Positions 52,629-60,911 of a stretch of 64,000 nt of DNA are shown piece by piece. The DNA is from Thermoleophilaceae bacterium (GTDB lineage Bacteria; Actinomycetota; Thermoleophilia; Solirubrobacterales; Thermoleophilaceae): positions 782 to 64,781 of the forward strand of contig JBBJNU010000001.1 in the NCBI GenBank assembly GCA_037721005.1, written 5' to 3'. The notes under the pieces were generated by a model. The model searched no databases. It was not told the origin of the DNA and saw only the letters and a program-made list of their open reading frames with translations. Both the position numbers and the translations under genes were made by a program. How positions within the stretch are numbered: the stretch's first letter is position 1; the number at the start of each line of letters is the position of its first letter.

Positions 52629-53977
52629 GGCGCCGAGCCCCCCTCGATCAGGGCGAGGGCCAGCCCGTCGACATCGCCGGCGCCGAGGGTGAGCACGACA
52701 TCGCCGGCGCTCAGCTCGCCCCGCAGCCGCTGCGCCGCCTGCGCGATGGTGGGAAGCCACCAGACCGCCCTTCCGCCGGCGGCGTCGGCCGCCTTGCGGG
52801 CCACCGTGAGCCCGCTCACGCCCGGGAAGTCCTCGGCGCTCTCGCGCGCCGGATACACGTCGAGCACCACCACGAGGTCGGCGAGAGCCAGCGCCAGCCC
52901 GAACTCCCGTGCCAAACCGCGGGTCCGGGAGTAGAGATGGGGCTGAAAGCAGGCCACCACCCGCTCTGCCCCGAGGGTGCGGGCAGCCTCGAGCGTGGCT
53001 CGCACCTCGGTGGGGTGATGGGCGTAATCGTCGAAGACCCGGGCGCCCTGCGGTGTGCGCCCTCGTTCCTCGAAGCGCCGTCCGGCCCCCTCGAAGGCAG
53101 CCAGTCCCGGCGCCGCCTCGGCCGGCTCGACGCCCGCCGCCCGGCAGGCGGCCAGCGCGGCCAGCGCGTTGAGCACGTTATGGCGCCCGGGCACGGCCAG
53201 CTCGATCTCGACCCCCTCGACGAAGAAGCGCGAGCCGAGAGGGCGAAGCTCGATCCCCTCCGCGCGCAGATCGCCCGAGTCGATCCCGAAGGAGACGGCT
53301 CGGTCGAGCTTCACCCCCGGGCCGGCGATCCGCGTCCCGGCCGGCGCGGCAAAGGCCTCGAAAGCCTCCTCGAGGTCCGACAGGGAGCGGTAGGTGGCGT
53401 GGTGGTCCAGCTCGGCATTGAGCACCACCGCCACCTCACGGGGCAGGCTGAGCATCGATCGGTCCGACTCGTCGGCCTCGATCACGATCCACTCCCCCTC
53501 CCCCCAACCCGCATTGGTGCGTGTGGAGCGCATCTGGGCGCCGACCAGGTAGGCGGGATCCCGTCCGGCCGAGGCCAGGGCCTGCACGATCATGCCCGTG
53601 GTGCTGGTCTTGCCGTGGGTGCCGCTCACGGCGATCGCCCGTTTGAGCCGCGCGATCTCCCCCAGCAGCTCTGACCTGTGGAGAACCGGCGAGCGCGCCG
53701 CCCGGGCCGCCGCCAGCTCGGGATTGGCGTCGGGGATCGCCGTCGAGATCACGATCTCGGCGCCGGGCGGCAGGTTGGATGCGTCGTGGCCGATGGCGGG
53801 CTCTATTCCGGCCTCACGCAGCTGTGCGGTGTACGCGGATACCGCGCGGTCGGATCCACTCACACGCGCCCCCAACGTGCGGCTCACGAGGGCCAAGCCG
53901 CTCATGCCAGCACCGCCGACGCCCACGAAGTGCAGAACGCGGTTCTGGAAGGGGAGGGCGGCCATCGCGGGGACCAT
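52625..53977 (-). CDS. murC: UDP-N-acetylmuramate--L-alanine ligase
   Basis: HFVGVGGAGMSGLA N-terminus and GTHGKTSTT P-loop. Confidence 0.92.
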   Translation of the reverse strand: MVPAMAALPFQNRVLHFVGVGGAGMSGLALVSRTLGARVSGSDRAVSAYTAQLREAGIEPAIGHDASNLPPGAEIVISTAIPDANPELAAARAARSPVLHRSELLGEIARLKRAIAVSGTHGKTSTTGMIVQALASAGRDPAYLVGAQMRSTRTNAGWGEGEWIVIEADESDRSMLSLPREVAVVLNAELDHHATYRSLSDLEEAFEAFAAPAGTRIAGPGVKLDRAVSFGIDSGDLRAEGIELRPLGSRFFVEGVEIELAVPGRHNVLNALAALAACRAAGVEPAEAAPGLAAFEGAGRRFEERGRTPQGARVFDDYAHHPTEVRATLEAARTLGAERVVACFQPHLYSRTRGLAREFGLALALADLVVVLDVYPARESAEDFPGVSGLTVARKAADAAGGRAVWWLPTIAQAAQRLRGELSAGDVVLTLGAGDVDGLALALIEGGSAP

Positions 53978-54042
53978 AGACCCGGCATCCGACCGCTTCG
54001 AGCGCCACTACTCTGGGGCCTGTGGCTTGTTATCACAGGTAT

Positions 54043-54804
54043 ATGTCGCTTCCCCGCACCCTGTGCGCGGCACTCGTCGTAACCGGCGCGCTGTCGCTCG
54101 TCCCCTCATCGGCCCCGGCGGCCGGCGAGCCGGTGAACCGCGCGGCCCCGCAAGTCACCCAATCGGAGCGCAACCTCTCGACCACCGACGGGTCGTGGGA
54201 CGGCCAGACGCAGCCCTTCACTTACGAGTGGCTGCGCTGCGCGACCCTCAGCCTCGAATCCTGCAACCCGATCGCCGGCGCGACGCAACCCACCTACGTG
54301 ATCAGCCGCGCGGACCTCGGCTCTCGCATCCGCTCCCGTGTCACAGCCTCCAATGAGGCCGGCGCCGCCAAATCGGCGTCCGAGCCCACAGGTGTGGTCG
54401 AGGAGCGCCTCTTTCCGGCCCCCCCGGCGCCGCCGGCGCCCAAGCCTTCGTTTCTGACGCCGCGCCCGGTGGTGGTGATCGCCGGCCTTCGCCGCGGGCG
54501 CCTGACATTCGTGGACGTGCTCTCGGTGCGCGGCCCGGCCGGGGCGATCGTGCGGCTGCGCTGCAGTGGCACGCGCTGCCCGGTTCGGCGGCTGTCCACC
54601 ACCATCGGTGCTCGCAGGCGGCTGCGCCTGCGACGGGCGCAGGGCACCTACGCGGCCGGCGCGGTGCTGGAGATCCGGGTGATCGACGAGGACGCCGAGC
54701 GCATCGGCAAGTTCACCCGGCTGAGGTTCAGGGCCCGCGGCGCCCCCGCGCGCACCGATTCGTGCCTCAGGCCGGGCGCCCGCAAGCCGAGCGCCTGCCC
54801 CTAG
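54043..54804 (+). CDS. secreted hypothetical protein with Ig-like repeat (opposite strand, inside the dcw cluster)
   Basis: ATG 54043; signal peptide MSLPRTLCAALVVTGALSLVPSSAPAAG. G.W.G..P.F.YEW.RC...C..I.GAT...Y repeat motif. High GC3. Its stop overlaps the murG stop (CTAG). Confidence 0.6.
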   Translation: MSLPRTLCAALVVTGALSLVPSSAPAAGEPVNRAAPQVTQSERNLSTTDGSWDGQTQPFTYEWLRCATLSLESCNPIAGATQPTYVISRADLGSRIRSRVTASNEAGAAKSASEPTGVVEERLFPAPPAPPAPKPSFLTPRPVVVIAGLRRGRLTFVDVLSVRGPAGAIVRLRCSGTRCPVRRLSTTIGARRRLRLRRAQGTYAAGAVLEIRVIDEDAERIGKFTRLRFRARGAPARTDSCLRPGARKPSACP

Positions 54805-55877
54805 CGGTTCTTCGCCAACGCCAGGGTTTCCTGAGCGATCTGCACCGCCGCGCCTGGCCGGGCCACCTCCGCGGCCGCGCGGGCCATCGCCCGCATGCGC
54901 TCGGGGTGTCCCAGCAGGACACCCACCTCGCGCGCCAGGCGCGGACCGTCGAGCTCTGTATCAGGCACCACCACAGCGGCTCCGGCTGCCTCGATATGAC
55001 GCGCGTTGGCCGTCTGGTGATCGGCAGTGGCGTGTGGGTAGGGCACCAGGATCGAGGGAAGGCCCGCGGCGGCCAGCTCCAGCACCGATCCCCCCGAGCG
55101 TGCGGCCACGAGATCGGCGGCCGCCAGCGCGTCGGCGAAGGGCGTGATGTAGTCGAAGAGCCGGTAGTGCGGTGGGTCGCCGAGGGCCGTCAGCCGTCCG
55201 GCGAGGTCGGGGTGATCGCGGCGCCCGCACGCGTGCAGCACCGTGCATGGAGCCGCGCCGCCAAAGGCGTCGAGCGAAGCATCGTTCAGCCGCCGGGCTC
55301 CCAGCGAACCGCCGAACACGAGCAGGCAGGGTAGGTCGCCCGAGATGCCGAAGCGCCTCCGGGCGGCGTCGCGATCCGCCGAGCCGGTGCCCGCGGGCAG
55401 CGGACGGCCGCTCACCACGTACTTTTCGCCCTCGCGCCCCTCGATCGGGAACGCGAGGAACACCCTCGAGGCCAGCGGAGCCAGCAGCCGGTTGGCCACG
55501 CCCAGGTGGCTGTCGGCCTCGGTGAGCACCAGGGGCAGTCCGAGTGAGCGCCCGGCCAGCCCCACCGGACCCGCCACGTACCCCCCGCCACCCAGCACGG
55601 CGTCGGCGCCGATCGCCTTCAGGATCTTCCGCGCCCGCCCGACCGACCGCGCCGCGAGGCCGGTTGCCCGGGCGGCCCTCAGGACGTTGCGCCTATCGAT
55701 CCCCGCCACGCGCAGCGGATGAAAGGGATATCCGGCGGCGGGCACGAGCTCGGCCTCGGCCCGCTCGCCTCCGAGAAACTCGACCTCGGCGCCCTCAGCT
55801 CGCAGCGCGTCCGCCACGGCCAGCGCCGGCACCACGTGCCCGGCCGTGCCGCCTGCGGCTATCGCGATCTTGGCCAT
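54801..55877 (-). CDS. murG: undecaprenyldiphospho-muramoylpentapeptide beta-N-acetylglucosaminyltransferase
   Basis: ATG 55877; IAAGGTAGHVVPALAVA N-terminus typical of MurG; C-terminal GGSV.E motif. Confidence 0.9.
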   Translation of the reverse strand: MAKIAIAAGGTAGHVVPALAVADALRAEGAEVEFLGGERAEAELVPAAGYPFHPLRVAGIDRRNVLRAARATGLAARSVGRARKILKAIGADAVLGGGGYVAGPVGLAGRSLGLPLVLTEADSHLGVANRLLAPLASRVFLAFPIEGREGEKYVVSGRPLPAGTGSADRDAARRRFGISGDLPCLLVFGGSLGARRLNDASLDAFGGAAPCTVLHACGRRDHPDLAGRLTALGDPPHYRLFDYITPFADALAAADLVAARSGGSVLELAAAGLPSILVPYPHATADHQTANARHIEAAGAAVVVPDTELDGPRLAREVGVLLGHPERMRAMARAAAEVARPGAAVQIAQETLALAKNR

Positions 55878-57096
55878 CGCGCCCTCCGTCGATCCCCCGC
55901 AGGAGGGGCTCCGCCACGCGGCTCGTGGCTTTCGCCTTTCGCCCACCCGTGGCCGCCACGTTCAGCAGCAGCCCCATGCCGGCCAGCAGCACGATCAGGT
56001 TGGTGCTGCCGTAAGAGATGAAGGGCAGCGGCACACCGGTGAGCGGCGCCATCCCGAGCACCGCGAAGAAGTTCAGGGTGGCCTGAGCCAGGATGAGCGA
56101 GGTGATGCCCGCGGCCAGGAGCTTCGAGTAGCGATCCTTTGCGGCCTTGGCGGCCCGCAGCCCGGCGTAGCCGATCATGGCGTAGAGAGCAGCCACGCCA
56201 AGGATGCCGGCCAGCCCGAGCTCCTCGCCGATGATGGCCAGAATCATGTCGGTATGGGCCTCGGGCAGGTAGAAGATCTTCTGCACCGACTCTCCCAGAC
56301 CGACGCCGAACAGGCCACCCGAACCGATCGCCGTGAGGGCCTGCACGGCCTGAAAGCCGGTGTCGCCCGGGTCCGAGAAGGGGTCGATGAAGGCCGTGAG
56401 CCGGGCCATGCGGTAGGGCTCGATCACTGCCAGGAAAAGAGCCAGCACGGCGAGAACCGTCCCCATCACCCCGAGGTGGCGGATCGGCGTGCCGGCGGCG
56501 ATTAGCAGGGCGCCTATGGCGGAACAGATCACGAGCGCCGTGCCCATGTCCGGCTGCTTCATGAGCAGCGCGCACGCCGCGCCCACCACGAGCAGGAGGG
56601 GCCGGGCGAGGCCCTTCAGCGTCTGGACCGAGTCCGGGCGTTCGCAGAGCAGTCGCACCGCGTAGAGCACGAGCGCGAGCTTCAGGAGCTCGGAGGGCTG
56701 GAACTGCAGAGGGCCCGCCCCCAACCAGCGGGTCGCCCCGTTCACGGTCACGCCCACACCGGGGACCATCACCGCAATCGTCAGCGCAAAGCCTGTGACG
56801 AGCAGGGGCGGCGTGACCCGGTACACCAGGGCGAGATCGCCGCGCACGAGCAGATGCAGCCCGGCCATGCCGGCCAGTGCGAACAGCACGTAGCGCTTCA
56901 GGTAGAAGGACGGGTCGCCCGACCCGCCCAGCACGGCCTCCGCCGAGGACGCCGAGTAGACCATCACGGCGCCGGTGGCCAGCAGGCACAGCGTGGCGGT
57001 GAAGAGGATCGAGTATTCGACCGGCCGCTTGGCGCCCCGTGAGCGCGCCACCCCCTTGGCTCGGCCGGGGCGGGCGGTGCTCGCGACGGACGCCAT
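55795..57096 (-). CDS. ftsW: peptidoglycan glycosyltransferase FtsW (SEDS family)
   Basis: 10-TM SEDS pattern, QPSELLK, LPEAHTDMILAIIGEELG and GVPLPFISYGS motifs. A basic C-terminal tail overlaps murG by 83 nt. Confidence 0.9.
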   Translation of the reverse strand: MASVASTARPGRAKGVARSRGAKRPVEYSILFTATLCLLATGAVMVYSASSAEAVLGGSGDPSFYLKRYVLFALAGMAGLHLLVRGDLALVYRVTPPLLVTGFALTIAVMVPGVGVTVNGATRWLGAGPLQFQPSELLKLALVLYAVRLLCERPDSVQTLKGLARPLLLVVGAACALLMKQPDMGTALVICSAIGALLIAAGTPIRHLGVMGTVLAVLALFLAVIEPYRMARLTAFIDPFSDPGDTGFQAVQALTAIGSGGLFGVGLGESVQKIFYLPEAHTDMILAIIGEELGLAGILGVAALYAMIGYAGLRAAKAAKDRYSKLLAAGITSLILAQATLNFFAVLGMAPLTGVPLPFISYGSTNLIVLLAGMGLLLNVAATGGRKAKATSRVAEPLLRGIDGGRDGQDRDSRRRHGRARGAGAGRGGRAAS

Positions 57097-57132
57097 CGGC
57101 TACCCGTTCGACACCCGCGCCTGGAATCCCCC

Positions 57133-58101
57133 TCACGCGGCTGTGGTCTGCTGATACAGCGTGAAGCCGATCGCCGAGCAGATGCCCGCGACGATCCAGA
57201 AGCGCAGGATGATCTTCGTCTCTGACCACCCGAGCATCTCGAAGTGGTGGTGGATCGGAGCCATGAGCAGCACCCGCCGGCGGAAGCGCTGGAAGGCGAA
57301 GACCTGGATGAGCACCGATAGGGCCTCGATCACGAAAATGCCGCCGATGATCACCAGCAGGACCTCTGTCTTGGTCATCACGGCGAGCCCGGCGATGGCT
57401 CCGCCCATCCCCAGCGCTCCGGTGTCCCCCATGAAGATTCCCGCGGGAAACGAGTTGAACCAGAGGAAGCCCACGCAGGCTCCCACCAGGCACGCCGAGA
57501 GCAGCGCCAGCTCCTCCTGTCCGGTGGTGGTGAACGTGATCGCGGTGAAGGCCAGCAGCACGATGGCGCAGCAGCCCGCGGCGAGGCCGTCGAGGCCGTC
57601 GGTGAGATTGACCCCGTTGGTGGTCCCCAGCAGCACGAGCAGGATCAGCACCGGGTAGAAGTAGCCCAGCGACACCGAGCGGTCGACCACGTACAACGGC
57701 ACCGAATTGCTGATCCCCGCGTACTCGGCCGCCTGCCAGAGGCCGATCGCGATCAGGGCCTGCACGGCTAGCTTCGTCTTGCCGCTGAGGCCGAGCGACC
57801 GGCGCTTGGAGATCTTCGTCCAGTCGTCGGCGAAGCCGAGGGCGGCGGCGGCGATGGCGGTGCCGAAGACCCCGATGCTGGCCGCCCGGTAGTCGTTGAG
57901 GATGAGAAACGGAGCCGCGACCGCGGCGAACATCATCAGCCCGCCCATCGTGGGCGTTCCGGCCTTCTCGTGGTGGCCTTGGGGCCCGTCCTCGCGGATG
58001 TGCTGGCCGAACTCGCGCTTGCGCAGGGCCTCGATGAACTTCGGCCCGAGGAAGATGCAGATGAGCAGGGAGGCCATGCCCCCTATGAGCATCTCTCCCA
58101 T
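57133..58101 (-). CDS. mraY: phospho-N-acetylmuramoyl-pentapeptide transferase
   Basis: HHEKAGTPTMGG, NLTDGLDGLA, MGDTGALGMG and APIHHHFE motifs. Confidence 0.93.
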   Translation of the reverse strand: MGEMLIGGMASLLICIFLGPKFIEALRKREFGQHIREDGPQGHHEKAGTPTMGGLMMFAAVAAPFLILNDYRAASIGVFGTAIAAAALGFADDWTKISKRRSLGLSGKTKLAVQALIAIGLWQAAEYAGISNSVPLYVVDRSVSLGYFYPVLILLVLLGTTNGVNLTDGLDGLAAGCCAIVLLAFTAITFTTTGQEELALLSACLVGACVGFLWFNSFPAGIFMGDTGALGMGGAIAGLAVMTKTEVLLVIIGGIFVIEALSVLIQVFAFQRFRRRVLLMAPIHHHFEMLGWSETKIILRFWIVAGICSAIGFTLYQQTTAA

Positions 58102-58104
58102 GGG

Positions 58105-59448
58105 TTACGCCAGGACCCGTTCGAGGCCCACAGAGCGCGAGCCCTTCACGAGCACGCGATCGCCCGGCTGGGCGATCTCCTCGAGCAGGGCCCCGGCCTC
58201 TTCAGGGGTGGCCGCGGCATAGGTCTCGCCAGCGAAGCCTTCGAGGTAGGCGGTGGCCTCCTCCCCCACGGTCACCAGCACGTCGATGCCGAGCGCCTTG
58301 GCCTCGTCGCCGATCTCGTGGTGGAAGACAGCGGAGCCTTCGCCGAGCTCCGCCATCGTGCCGAGCACCGCCAGGCGCCGTTGGGCCGGCGTCTCGGCGA
58401 GGTGTTGGAGGGCTGCCCGCATCGACATCGGGTTGGCGTTGTAGCAGTCGTTGACCACGGTCACCCCGCCCGGCAGATCGACCACCTCTCCCCGCAGGGA
58501 GGAAAACTGCACGGCCACCCTGCCCCCGGGCTTGGCGCCCACTGCCACCGCGGCCCCCACGGCGGCAAGGGTGTTAAGCAGGTTGTAGGGCTCGTCGAAG
58601 GCGAGGTCGAGCGCAACACGCTTACCCATGGCCTCGATCTCGGCGGACCCTCCGCGCGCGGACGTGCGCTCAAAGGCCAGAAGCATCACGTGGCCGCCGG
58701 GCCCGAACGTGACCGTCTCGATGTCATCTCGCAGGTGTTCCTCGAGCAGCGCCTCACCGGCCGGTACGACGCAGACCGCTCCCGGGCGCAGGTCGCGGAT
58801 CAGCTCGGCCTTGGCCGCCGCCACTCGCTCCACCGTGCCCAGCAGCTCGAGGTGCACGGGCCCCACGTTCACGATCACTCCCACGTCGGGCTCGGCGATC
58901 TCCGTGAGCTCGGCGATCTGGCCCTCACCGCGCATGGCCATCTCCAGTACGAGCGCCTCCGTGGCCTCCTCGGCCTCGAGGATGGCCAGCGGCAGGCCGA
59001 TCTCGGTGTTGAAGTTCTCGCGGCTCGCGTGGGTGGACATCTGAGGGGCGAGCACGGCCGCGAGTATGTCCTTTGTCGAGGTCTTTCCCGTCGACCCGGT
59101 CACCCCGATCACCTTGGCGCCGAGCTCGCGCCGCCATTCCCGGGCCAGCGTCCCGAGCGACGCCAGCGGATCCTCCACCTCGAGCACCTGCGTCCCCTCC
59201 GGCGCGGCCGTGACGGCCGCCTCAACGTGCTCACGGGACACCATCACGCCCCAGGCGCCGGCCCCGAGGGCTTCGGCCGCGAAGGCCCCGCCGTCGGCTC
59301 GCGTGCCGCGCACCCCTACGAAGAGGTCACCCTCGCGCACCTCCCGGGTATCCATCACGGCCCGCCGCGGGCCCGGCGTCCCCAGATCACCCTTGCGCAG
59401 GGAAGCCCGGGCGGCCCCGGCCACCCACGCCGCAGTCCGCCCTTTCAC
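58105..59448 (-). CDS. murF: UDP-N-acetylmuramoyl-tripeptide--D-alanyl-D-alanine ligase
   Basis: GVTGSTGKTSTKD P-loop, DCYNANP motif, 447 aa. Confidence 0.9.
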   Translation of the reverse strand: MKGRTAAWVAGAARASLRKGDLGTPGPRRAVMDTREVREGDLFVGVRGTRADGGAFAAEALGAGAWGVMVSREHVEAAVTAAPEGTQVLEVEDPLASLGTLAREWRRELGAKVIGVTGSTGKTSTKDILAAVLAPQMSTHASRENFNTEIGLPLAILEAEEATEALVLEMAMRGEGQIAELTEIAEPDVGVIVNVGPVHLELLGTVERVAAAKAELIRDLRPGAVCVVPAGEALLEEHLRDDIETVTFGPGGHVMLLAFERTSARGGSAEIEAMGKRVALDLAFDEPYNLLNTLAAVGAAVAVGAKPGGRVAVQFSSLRGEVVDLPGGVTVVNDCYNANPMSMRAALQHLAETPAQRRLAVLGTMAELGEGSAVFHHEIGDEAKALGIDVLVTVGEEATAYLEGFAGETYAAATPEEAGALLEEIAQPGDRVLVKGSRSVGLERVLA

Positions 59449-60908
59449 CTCGGGGCCCCGGACCGAGCGCGCAGGGCCTCACGTGCCACGGAAACGTCGT
59501 CGAAGGGCTCCTTGCGACCGCCCTCGAACTCTTGGCCCTGTTCGTGGCCCTTGCCGGCGATCACCACCACGTCGCCCTCCCGTGCTTCGCCGATGGCAAG
59601 GACGATCGCGCGGCGGCGGTCCGTGCAGCGCTCCGCGGCCGGGCCGGCGCCCTCCAGGATCTCGGCCACGATCGCCTCGGGATCCTCGGACCGCGGGTTG
59701 TCAGATGTCACGATCGTCCGGTCGGCCAAGCTGGTGGCAACATCGCCCATGAGCGGCCGCTTGCCACGATCGCGGTCACCCCCGGCCCCGAACACCAAGT
59801 GGAGGCGGCCCGCTGTCAGCTCGCGCGCGGCGCGGAGCACGTTCTCGAGCGAGTCGGGGGTGTGGGCGTAGTCCACGAGCACGCCGAACGCCTGGCCTTC
59901 CTCGACGGGTTCGAGGCGGCCCGGCACGCGGTCCGCCTCGGCGAGCGCCGCGGCGGCGGTCTCGGCCTCCACTCCCAGCGTGCGGGCGCTCGCCAGGGCC
60001 GCCAGGGCGTTCTGCACGTTGAACAGGCCGGGGAGGCGAGTGCTCAGCTCGAGCGGACCATCCGGAGTGTCGGCGATGAAGGTGGCACCCGTGACATCGA
60101 ACGTGATGTCGCGGGCTCGGTACTCGCCGCCCTCAATGCCGTAGGTGACCACATCGTCGAGCTCGGCGGCCAAGCGGGCCCCGTAGGGATCGTCGGCGTT
60201 CACCACAGCCGGGCCCGGCTCGTGGAAGAGCCGCCGCTTGGCCAGGTAGTAGGCCTCCATGGTCGGGTGGAAGTCCAGGTGGTCCTGCGTGAGGTTGGTG
60301 AACACCTTGCAGGCGAAGTGGATACCGGCCGCGCGGCCGAGCTCGAGGGCGTGGGAGGACACCTCCATCGCGCAGGCGCTATCACCCGCCGCGAGCATCG
60401 CCCGAAAGCCGGCCTGGAGGTCGATCGCCTCGGGCGTTGTGCGCTCCACGTCGTGCTCCACGCCCCCCACCACCCGTTTGACCGTGCCCAGCAGGCCGGT
60501 GGAGATCCCGGCCGCCTCGAGCACGTCGCGCACCAGGAAAGCCGTGGTGGTCTTGCCGTTGGTGCCCGTGATGCCCACCACGCGAAGCTGGGCCGTGGGA
60601 TCCCCGTAGAAGCCGGCGGCGACGGGACCCATTGCGGCGCGAACGTCATCCACCACCACCTCCGGCACCCCGAGTCCCAAGGGACGATCACATACCAGCG
60701 CAACCGCACCGCGCTTGACGGCGTCGGGCGCGAAGTCGTGACCGTCGGAGGTGAACCCCGGCACGCAGAAGAAGAGGGTGCCAGGCACTACCCGGCGGCT
60801 CGAAAGCGCGAGCCCGGAGATCTCCACCTCGGGCGCCTCCGCGCCCATCAGCTCGCGAAGGGTCATCGTCCGGAATCCTAAGGCGGCGCTCGGCGACCGC
60901 TCACCCAC
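59445..60908 (-). CDS. murE: UDP-N-acetylmuramoyl-L-alanyl-D-glutamate--2,6-diaminopimelate ligase
   Basis: GITGTNGKTTTAF P-loop, DYAHTPD and DNPRSEDP motifs. Confidence 0.92.
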   Translation of the reverse strand: MGERSPSAALGFRTMTLRELMGAEAPEVEISGLALSSRRVVPGTLFFCVPGFTSDGHDFAPDAVKRGAVALVCDRPLGLGVPEVVVDDVRAAMGPVAAGFYGDPTAQLRVVGITGTNGKTTTAFLVRDVLEAAGISTGLLGTVKRVVGGVEHDVERTTPEAIDLQAGFRAMLAAGDSACAMEVSSHALELGRAAGIHFACKVFTNLTQDHLDFHPTMEAYYLAKRRLFHEPGPAVVNADDPYGARLAAELDDVVTYGIEGGEYRARDITFDVTGATFIADTPDGPLELSTRLPGLFNVQNALAALASARTLGVEAETAAAALAEADRVPGRLEPVEEGQAFGVLVDYAHTPDSLENVLRAARELTAGRLHLVFGAGGDRDRGKRPLMGDVATSLADRTIVTSDNPRSEDPEAIVAEILEGAGPAAERCTDRRRAIVLAIGEAREGDVVVIAGKGHEQGQEFEGGRKEPFDDVSVAREALRARSGAPR

Positions 60909-60911
60909 GGC

